From NCBI GenBank assembly GCA_000004695.1, contig CM000154.2, positions 2,112,001-2,176,000 of the forward strand: a stretch of 64,000 nt of DNA, read 5' to 3'. The first letter of the stretch is position 1. Each line of letters opens with the position of its first letter. Source of the stretch: Dictyostelium discoideum. Its lineage: Eukaryota. The position numbers and the translations under genes are program-made. Shown piece after piece: positions 53,601 to 64,000 of the stretch. Under the pieces are notes generated by a model that was not told the origin of the DNA, searched no databases, and saw only the letters and a program-made list of their open reading frames with translations.

Positions 53601-54798
53601 ATTACAAGTTGGTACAATCATTGAAGCATCATTAGAACAAAAAAAGAATGCCATTGAACATAAAGAGAATTTATTAAAAGAAATTAAAGAACTTCAAGGT
53701 AAATATCTTCATTCACAAAATCCAAAAGATCGTGAAAAGATTCAAGCATTTATCGATCAAAATCAACAAGAATACGATTCAATCACTCTTGATCATACCT
53801 ATGAAGTCAATAAGGAATTAACCATTCAAATCACTAAACTTATGATTGAATCTGCTTCAATCGAAGATCAAGGTGATATTTTACGTGAACAACTCATCCT
53901 CTCTTTCAAAAATACAACTTCACCATTGGATTGGGATCGTATTCGTAACATTTCAAATGAAGAAGAATGGGCTGAAACAAAGAAAGAATTGGTCATTTAT
54001 ATCATGAAGAGAGAGGAAAATATTAATAGTAAAATTGAATTACTACTTAAGGATCTCTTATTTGAAGAAGCAATTCAAATTTTCCCACATCCATCATCTG
54101 ATAATGATCAAGAGTTGGATATTCAATTGAATCTTTTAGTTAGTCTTTATGATGCTGTAGATCAACATGCTTTCCATTTAATTAATGGTGTAATTCCAAT
54201 CATTCAACGTTTCGCTAAAAGATGTTATATCGAATGGAAATATGAAAAATTAGATATTCTCTATGATTCACTTCAAAAGAGATTCCCAAAGGAAATCATT
54301 TCAATCTTTACCATTGCCATTGATATGATGTTGGTTAATATCTTACAAAGTCAATATCCATTGTTTTTAAATATGATGAAATCAATGAAAAATCGTCTTG
54401 TTGCAACACTTGGTCTAGATGGTCTTTGGGAAGATTTCTTGGCTGGTTTTAGAAAGAATTATAAATCAAAAAAGAGACTCATTCAAATGATTTCTTTAAT
54501 TGGTGATTCTGTTTGGCAAATTAATGTAAATCCAAATAGTGCCACTGGTAAACAAATTGCAAAAAGAACTCTCCCACAATCATCACAATCTGTTCATAAA
54601 AAGATTAAAGTTTCTGCTCCAACTCCTTCACTTACTGGTGTACCAAAAAAATTATCTGCTAAAAAATCTGTTGACGATGATGAAGAATTTGATGAAAATG
54701 AAAATGAAAATGGATATGAAGATGAAAATGAAAATGAAAATGGATATGAAAATGAAAATGAAGAACAAGAAGAATTAGAAGCAACTGATGAAGAATAA
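50285..54798 (+). CDS. Hypothetical large alpha-helical protein, two exons (50285..50564, 50663..54798), about 1471 aa
   Basis: GTAAGT donor at 50565 and an AATTAG acceptor at 50661-50662 give phase 1 (G+AT=GAT), joining the 50285 ORF to the 1345-aa ORF. The protein is predicted helical/coiled-coil throughout. It has a basic KRTLPQSSQSVHKKIKVSAP segment (NLS-like) and an acidic ENENENGYEDENE C-terminal tail. Family not recognised. Confidence 0.6.
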
Positions 54799-55098
54799 AT
54801 ATTTAAAGAATAAAAAAAAAAAAAAATAATAAAAAAAAAAATATATAATCATAAAATATAAAATAAACTCTTTAACCATATTAATTATATCCTCAAATCA
54901 AAATTGGATCTATCAGATTCAATACCTAAATCTTTGATATATTTAAAATTCATTTCATAAAATTAAGAAAAAAAAAAAAAAAAAAAACAATTCAATAAAA
55001 CTCTAAATAATAATATTGTACTTAAGTAGATCTGAAAAAATATAAAAATTACCCAATAATTTAAAACAAAAACTATCATTGTGATAATTTTACATTGC

Positions 55099-55129
<31 letters not shown>

Positions 55130-55143
55130 TTATGTTTAACTTT

Positions 55144-55177
<34 letters not shown>

Positions 55178-55512
55178 CTATGTAAAATTTGGTTGAAACT
55201 TTAACAAAATAAAAACTGAACCGCCATATCAATTTTGATTTTGATAGTACCCAATACCAAAGGGTATAAAATTAAAATTCAAATAATTTAATTTTTTTTA
55301 TAAAAAAAAAAAATAATAAAAAAAAATGAACCATTTTTTCATTTTCAAATAATTTGGAAAAAAAAAATCACAAAATTTGACCCATCATAAAATGGGAATA
55401 AAAATTTAATTAATTTTGATTTTTTTTTTTTTTTTTTATTTTTTTTTTTTTTTTTTTATTTTTGGATAAATATTAAATTTTTTTTTTTTTCTTATCATTA
55501 TTCAATCTATAA

Positions 55513-56664
<1,152 letters not shown>

Positions 56665-56857
56665 ACAATTAATAAATATGTTGTATTTTATTTAAACTTA
56701 TATTATAAAAAAAAAAACAATAACCTTTTTATTTCCAATCAAGTTATTTTTTTGACTTTATTTTTATTTCTTTTTTTTAATAAGTGTATATTTATATAAT
56801 ATTAAATGTTTTTTAATTTTTTAATTTTATTGTTTTTTTTTTTTTTTTTTTTTAATT

Positions 56858-58750
56858 TTAAATATTTCCATCTTCTAATGCTACTTGAAGTATTCTTGAT
56901 AATTCTAAGAATCTATTTGCAAAATTTGGATGATTTTGCATAGCGATATTCATTAATTCAATACCACCAGAACGAGCTATTGTTAATTTATTTTTAGGAT
57001 TACATGAAAGGTTTTTCAAGGCACCTCTACCTTGCATTTGAACACCACTATGGAAAGGATGATTTCTCATTGCCTTTAGGATTAAATTGATACCACCTTC
57101 ACGAGCAATTGTTTCTTCATTTGCTTCATCTTGATAAGCTAAATTGATGAGAGCAGCACAACCTTCATCTTGAACGTCTGGATCATCTGGATGATTTGAC
57201 ATTGCACCCAAAACCAATTGAATACCATTTTGACGAGAGATCATATTTTTATTATCTTCATTACGAGCCAAATTTCTAAGAGCACCACAACCATTCAATT
57301 GTAAATCAGGATGAGAAGAAAAGGATCTCATTGCACGTAAAATTAAACCGATACCACCTTCTTTTGCACTTAAAACCTTATTACTATCGTTACAACCTAA
57401 ATTTCTTAGGGCACCACAACCTTGTGTTTGAATTCCAATATGATTTGGATGATTTTTCATTGCGGTTGCAATCGATTGAATACCACCCTCAATTGCCACT
57501 CTACTTTCACTAACATCATTACGTGCAAGATTTCTCAATACAAAGCTTGTATTATATTGTACACCTGGATTCATCATATGATTTTTCATTGCTTGTAATA
57601 TCAATTGAATACCACCTTGCTCGACAACTGATAGATAGTTATCATTTGAATATAAACCCATATTGTTTGGTGAATCACAAGTTAAATTTCCTAATGCACC
57701 ACATGCATCTTCTTGAACACCGGCATCATATGGATGATTCTTCATTGCTTGTAAAATTAAACTAATACCACCATATCTTGCAATTAAACTTTCATGTTCA
57801 TCCTCTTTTCTTTGTCTATAACTTAATCTCTTTAAAATATAACAAGTTTCTCTTAAAATCATTGGATTATGTAAATTTTCATTCATTACTCCAATAATTT
57901 TTTTAATTTGACCACTTTCATCTGATTTATCAAAATTTTTATAATTATCCTAATTTTTTAAAATAAAAAAAATAATAAAATTAATATAATTTAAAAAAAA
58001 ATAACCAAACTAAAAACTATTTATATAAATCTTACAGTTGGTAATCTATCGATATAACATAAAATCATTTTTGATTGAAATGAAGTTGGATTTGACCATC
58101 TTGAATTAAATTGCATAGCATAATATATTCTTGGACAAGTTTGTTCAAATAATAATTCCCAAAATTTGAAAACATCAACAATGTACCAAATTCTTTTACA
58201 AGTTAAACTTATTCTCCAAAGATCATTTGCAGATAAGAAAGATAATAAATGTACCAACATTTCAGTTGGAATTAAAAAGATATCGAATTGATTATTTTCA
58301 TCATAATGATTGGAATTATTATTATTATAGTTTGAAACATTTAATTGATTATTTACATTATTACTACTTTCAATTAAATTACCATTATTTGAATGATGAT
58401 GATGATTATTATTGTTGTTGTTGTTGTGGTTATTAGTGCTACCATTTGAAGATAATCCAAAAGGTGAAATATAAGTTTTTGAAACTGATGGAATTAAAGT
58501 ATTTGGCGAACTATAATTTGACATTGATTTAGCAGTCATTTTGATAAGGAATTTTATTTTTTGAATCGTTTCTTGTTCTGATAAAAAATCGTTTTGATCT
58601 TCTATACCTTCTAAAAAATTAAATTGATTAAAAAGTTCTTCTTCTTGTTGTTCTAGTTGTTGTTTTTGTTTTTTTTGTAATTCTAATTCGTTATCCTCCT
58701 CTAATTTATTAAATTTGGATAGTATACTACTACTACTACTACTACTATTA

Positions 58751-58845
<95 letters not shown>

Positions 58846-59048
58846 TTCTTCTAAAATATAATTTGATGTTGTTGTACTTTTTATAAAATTATTTTGATTT
58901 TCTAAAAGAATTTGTTCAATATAATCCTCTGTAATATTGTTTTTTAAATATCCAATTGTAAATTTAATTATTAAACGTTCAATTAAGTCACTGTTTAAAA
59001 ATGAGTTATTAAAAATGTTCGTATTGGTATTATTACTATCGTTGTTAC

Positions 59049-59082
<34 letters not shown>

Positions 59083-59214
59083 TATATTATTGTTAATACT
59101 ACTATTATTTAACAATGGTTTTTGTTGTAATTTTAAATGTTGTTGTAATTTTAAATGTTTAAATAATAAATTCATTTTAAATAGTTTTTTATTAAATAGA
59201 CTTCCACAATCATT

Positions 59215-59217
<3 letters not shown>
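56858..59217 (-). CDS. F-box and armadillo-repeat protein, two exons (58036..59217, 56858..57949), about 757 aa
   Basis: Exon 1 has a poly-N/S-rich N-terminal region and an F-box (IFLIPTEMLVHLLSFLSANDLWRISLTCKRIWYIVDVFKFWELLFEQ), ending ...YIDRLPT at a GTAAGA donor (plus 58030-58035). The AAAATTAG acceptor (plus 57950-57951) is in phase 0 to DNYKNFDKSDESGQIKKIIGVMNENL... This is followed by at least 7 ARM-type repeats (GGIQLILQAMKNH...VQ..ACGALRNL...). Both phases were verified by hand. Confidence 0.75.
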
Positions 59218-59257
<40 letters not shown>

Positions 59258-59458
59258 TTTTAATAATAAATAATTAATTAATTATTATTATTATGGTCAC
59301 TTTGGATGATAGTTAAAAATATTCTTCCTTTTTCTATGTGTTGTTTTTGCTGTTATTGTTGAAAAGTATTATATTGTTGTTTTTGTTATCGTCTTTATTT
59401 GAGTTTATGTATTAAAAGTTGTTTATATAAATTATATATATATATATATATAAATTAT

Positions 59459-59560
59459 TTATATGTATGTATGTGTTGGAGTGTGGAAGTGTGTGGGTGT
59501 GTGGTGTGGTTGGAGTGTGGAAGTGTGGGGTGGTGTGGGGGTATGTGTGTGTGTGTAGAG
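59459..59560. repeat. G/T-rich tandem repeat (imperfect duplication of a GGAGTGTGGAAGTGTGGG unit)
   Basis: tatgtatgtatgtgttggagtgtggaagtgtgtgggtgtgtggtgtggttggagtgtggaagtgtggggtggtgtgggggtatgtgtgtgtgtg. It stands out sharply against the AT-rich background. Confidence 0.8.
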
Positions 59561-59770
59561 ACTATGATTTTATATTTGTTTTATTATTTATAAAATAAAA
59601 AAATATAATCACTATAAATTATTGTTTTTATTTATTTTGAATAATTTTGAGGTTATGATCAAATTTAATGGTAAGAGATTTTATGGTTAGTTTTGGTATT
59701 CTTTTTAAATTTTGATTAGTGAGTGATTTTTGGTTAGATAGTGGTATATGTGTGTTTGTTAAATTTGGTT

Positions 59771-59773
59771 TGA

Positions 59774-59864
<91 letters not shown>

Positions 59865-59866
59865 TT
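59771..59866. repeat. (ATT)n microsatellite
   Basis: Seen directly; a second (ATT)n lies at 60131..60225. Confidence 0.95.
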
Positions 59867-60145
59867 TGTTTCTATAACTTTGGAAACGACAAAGATAGAA
59901 TTTAATATATATATGTATAAAAAAAAAAATAATAAAAAAAAAAAATAAAATAATGAATTAAAAAAATAATTTTTATTATTTTTTAAAATAAAATTTTTAT
60001 TTTAAATAATTTGTTTAATGTTGGGATTGGAAATAAAATTTAATTTTGAATTTAATATATATATTTCCTAATTTATATATATTTATTATTTTTATTTATA
60101 TTTATGACAACTTAAAATTATTATTATTATTTTTTATTATTCTAA

Positions 60146-60226
<81 letters not shown>

Positions 60227-60425
60227 TTTTTTTTTTTTAATTCTATTGCAAGGAGTAGTACAAACACATAAACTTTTTTTTATTTTTTTTTTTATTATTT
60301 TTTTTTATTTAAATTTTATTAATTTTTTATTATTTTTTTAATATAAAACACAAATAATATAATTAAAAAAAAATTACCCTTTTGTTTTAATTCCTCCTAA
60401 ACAATTTGCAATGGAAATGAAATAT

Positions 60426-60468
<43 letters not shown>

Positions 60469-60501
60469 AATAAAAATACCTTTTAAATTTAATATTAAAT
60501 A

Positions 60502-60601
60502 NNNNNNNNNNNNNNNNNNNNNNNNNNNNNNNNNNNNNNNNNNNNNNNNNNNNNNNNNNNNNNNNNNNNNNNNNNNNNNNNNNNNNNNNNNNNNNNNNNN
60601 N
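60502..60601. other. Assembly gap (100 N)
   Basis: A run of exactly 100 n characters. Confidence 1.
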
Positions 60602-60637
60602 GAGAGTGGTTGCTTAATCTTTAAGATCTGATTTTTG

Positions 60638-60668
<31 letters not shown>

Positions 60669-61010
60669 TTTTTTTTCCCTTAATTACTTTTAATTTCTTT
60701 AGAGCTGAAAATGTCGATCGAAAAAATAATTTATTATTTAAATTTGTTTTAACCTTAATTTTTTATCCACATTAACATTGTTTTTTTTTTTTTTTTAAAT
60801 AAAAAAAAAAATTATATAGGATATTTCCATTTAATATTTATTTTTAAAAATTATTACAATACAAAATAAAATAAATAAATAAAATCGTTATTGAACTTAA
60901 TATTTTTTAACAATTATTTTTTTCCCTTTGAAATTAATGTTTTATTTTATTGAAATTTAAAAAGTTTGATAATCATTACTAATTGATCGTTATTTTTATT
61001 TTTTAATTAT

Positions 61011-61023
61011 TATTATTTTTATT

Positions 61024-61088
<65 letters not shown>

Positions 61089-61180
61089 AGATAAAATAAA
61101 ATAAAATAAAATAAAATAAAATAAAATAAAATAAAATAAAATAAAATAAAATTGAATAAAATAAAATAAAATTAAATAAA
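61011..61180. repeat. Compound microsatellite, (ATT)n followed by (AAAAT)n
   Basis: Seen directly. Confidence 0.9.
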
Positions 61181-62328
61181 ACAAAAAAATGAAAAAAAAC
61201 AAAAAAAAAAAAAAAAAAAAAACACTTTGTTTTCTTAAATTTGAGTCTAATACATTATTATATATATATATATATATTATTAATTAAAAAGTTACCTAGG
61301 ATTTTTTTTTATTTGATTATTCTTTATATTAATTTAAATAAATTGTTTAGTTAATTTTTTTTTTTTTTTTTTATTTTTTTATTTTTTTTTTTTTTTTGAA
61401 GAAAAAAATAAAAATAGACCAACTTGAAAAAAAAAAAAACAAATGAAAATATTAATTTGTAAAATTATTTGTTTCGCAAAATAAATTCATAAAAAAGAAT
61501 GATAATTAAATATATCTTTTTTTAAAAAAAAAAAAAAATAAAAAAATGATATGCTCTTGTTTTTATTTAAGAGTTTCTCTACCACATAAATTAATTTTTT
61601 ATTTTTATTATTATTATTTTTTTTTTTTTTTTTTATTATTATTTCTATATATATATTTTTTTTTTTTTTTTTTTTTCACAAAAAAAATTATTATAACTTA
61701 AAAAAATAAAAATAAATAAAAAAAATAAAAATAAAATATATAACACTTATTTTTATTTTATTTTATTTTTTTTTTTTTATTTTTTTATTTTTTTTTTTTT
61801 TAAATAATTTTTTAATTTTTTTTTTTTTAAAGGGGAATTTTTTTTTTTTTTTTTTTTTAACCAAACCAAAAAGGGTAAAAATTTTGGGGGGGCAAAAAAA
61901 ACCACTTTTAACTCCAAATTTAAAAAAGGGGGTGGGACATTTTTAAGTTTTTGGGTTTAAAAACAGATTTTTAACAAGATTAAAAGGGGTTTTAATTTTT
62001 TAATTCAAAAAAAGTAGCCCCCCCGTTCCAAAAAAATTAAAAATTTTAAAAATAAAAAAATTAAAAATTTAAATTTAAATTGAAAAATTAAAATTAAAAT
62101 TAAAAAACCCATTTTAAAATTAAATTAATTAAATAAAAAAATTTTTTAATGGAATAAAAAATTTTAATAAAATTAAAAATTTTTTTTAAATGGTTTAATA
62201 AAATCAATGCTATGGGTTAAAAAAAAAAAAAAAAAAAAAAAGTCCCCTTTTGCTTTTAAAGGTTTATTTTTGTTTTTTTTTTTGGCCAAAAAATTAAGAC
62301 AAAATTTTTATTTATTATTATTATTATT

Positions 62329-62415
62329 TTATATATAGCCTTTTTCTTTTATTAACTTTGCAACGATTGATGCTAATTTATCAGTATCAATAGAATTTTC
62401 ATTTTCAGTTTGTTG

Positions 62416-62454
<39 letters not shown>

Positions 62455-62480
62455 ATTACTGGCACTGTTTGTTTGATATA

Positions 62481-62576
<96 letters not shown>

Positions 62577-64000
62577 GCGATCTCTTTTTATCCAAACTTT
62601 TAAGTTTATCTAAAATATTTTCATTTGATTGTGATTCGGTTGTCGATATAGATACAAAAGGTGCTGATGATGTTGAACTACCACCACTTGAAGGTGATGG
62701 TAAAGATGATGTAGATGTAACTGATATTGGGTCAACAATAGTTGTATGTTGTTGTTGTTGTTGTTGTTGCTGTTGTTGTTGTTTTTGAATTACACTTGTA
62801 TTATTAATAGAACCTGATGAACCAGTTAAACTTTGATTTGAAGAAAAAAAAGATGACTCTAATGTCAAAGGTTGATAGAATTTATATGTCTTCTTTATAT
62901 ATTTATCAAAAAATGGATTATAAATTGAAATTGATGATGTTGGGAATAAAACTTTAATTGTCTAATAATTATAATAAATAGATTGTTAGTATTTTTATAA
63001 TTTTTTTTTTCTAAATTTTTTGTATTTTTTTTTATTTTTTTTTTTACTTACTTGACAATCTTTTTCTAAATCTAAAAACTTTTGAGTATATTGTGGAAGA
63101 TTATCATTTTCGAAATTCTTTTGAACATCAGAATCTTTAAAATAATCTAAACTTGGAATTAATCTAAAAGTGTGTAATAAATTGACGATATAGGTTTTAC
63201 CAGTTTGAAGTGTTTTCAAAGTTAAAAGATCCATTGTCTTTGAATTTGATTTTCTATACATTGAAACACCATATGCAAATGTCAATGGTGATGTTGAATT
63301 AAACTTTTTAATGAACCATCTAGATAACTTTTCTAAATCAAATTGATTCTTTGATAATAATTGCTTTGCATATAAATCAAACTTTGATGTCGATGTTGCT
63401 GATGAAATTGAATCATTTGATACTGATGGTGAAATAGTGGAATCATTTGAAGCTGATACTGTCTCATTTGTATTAGAAGTAGTAGTACTAGTACTAGTAG
63501 TAGTAGTAGTCGTTGAGGAGGAAGAGGAGGAGGAAGAGCTCTCTTTAATTAATGGTATAACAGTTGCAGACCATTTATTTTGAGAGAAAGTCGAATTTAT
63601 ATTATGTAAAGTACTACTATATAATGTATCAACTTTTGAATAAGAAGGGAATAATTGATTTCTATCTAAATCAGTACCTAAAACAATTTGAATATCATTC
63701 TCTAAATATAAAACTGGATATGATTGAAGGGAATGAAACGAATCTGATCTATGTAATGGAATATGACCAACAACTTGATTATTTGTAAATATTGTCCAGT
63801 ATGCTCTTGTATCATTTGTACCTGTTATATATAATGGACAAGTATATGGATCTTCAAATTTTGTAACTAAATTTTTCTATATATACATATATACATGAAT
63901 AATATTGTTAATAATAGTGGTGGTGGTGGTGGTGGTGTGGTGGTGCAAATTAATTTGAAAAAAAATAAAAAAATAAAAAATAAAATAAACCCTACATGAA
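62329..64000 (-). CDS. Hypothetical protein, 3' part of a gene whose 5' end lies beyond the window. Exons include 62329..62961, 63053..63876 and more upstream.
   Basis: The terminal exon (TIKVLFPTSSISIYNPFFDKYIKKTYKFYQPLTLESSFFSSNQ...poly-Q...poly-N...KLIKEKGYI*) joins via TAATTATTAG (acceptor plus 62962-62963) to an upstream exon that ends ...FLDLEKDCQ at a GTAAGT donor (plus 63046-63051). That exon runs up to a TATATATAG acceptor (plus 63877-63878) and encodes KNLVTKFEDPYTCPLYITGTNDTRAYWTIF...poly-S/T...FAYGVSMYRKSNSKTMDLL... The frame continuity of the 800-nt exon was only partly checked. Confidence 0.45.

Overview
This window is an AT-rich (roughly 75-80% A+T) eukaryotic nuclear region, almost certainly Dictyostelium discoideum. 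The evidence is the pervasive (AAT)n/(ATT)n microsatellites, the poly(A)/poly(T) intergenic tracts, short introns (about 75-160 nt) with GTAAGT/GTATGT donors and AT-rich ..TTTAG acceptors, the poly-N/poly-Q coding tracts, and an actin ORF whose protein I recognise as the Dictyostelium Act8-group major actin. The supplied ORF track was made with a bacterial-style table (TTG/GTG also shown as M) and ignores splicing, so I rebuilt gene models by hand from splice signals and family knowledge. I support about 25 protein-coding genes. Housekeeping genes are NADH dehydrogenase flavoprotein 1 (6 exons), UPF1 RNA helicase, eIF2B-alpha, cytidine deaminase, pantothenate synthetase, mitochondrial valyl-tRNA synthetase, Arp1/centractin, actin, an SLC35B1-type nucleotide-sugar transporter, an SDR oxidoreductase, a small heat-shock protein, an M14 carboxypeptidase and a twin-Cx9C protein. 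A cluster of secreted/cell-surface genes is also present: a psi-family PA14 protein, a small Cys/Tyr-rich secreted protein, an LRR+EGF+IPT type-I membrane protein, and a more than 1100-aa Ser/Thr/Pro-rich repeat protein. Several hypothetical proteins round this out, including an F-box + armadillo-repeat fusion and a 1471-aa helical protein. I found no rRNA, no tRNA (no GGTTCGAATCC-like T-arm), no CRISPR and no intact transposon. There is a 100-N assembly gap at 60502..60601, flanked by homopolymer-ridden, probably low-quality sequence. Every coordinate below was hand-derived without alignment tools, so exon boundaries are testable proposals, and all family assignments rest on remembered motifs rather than searches.
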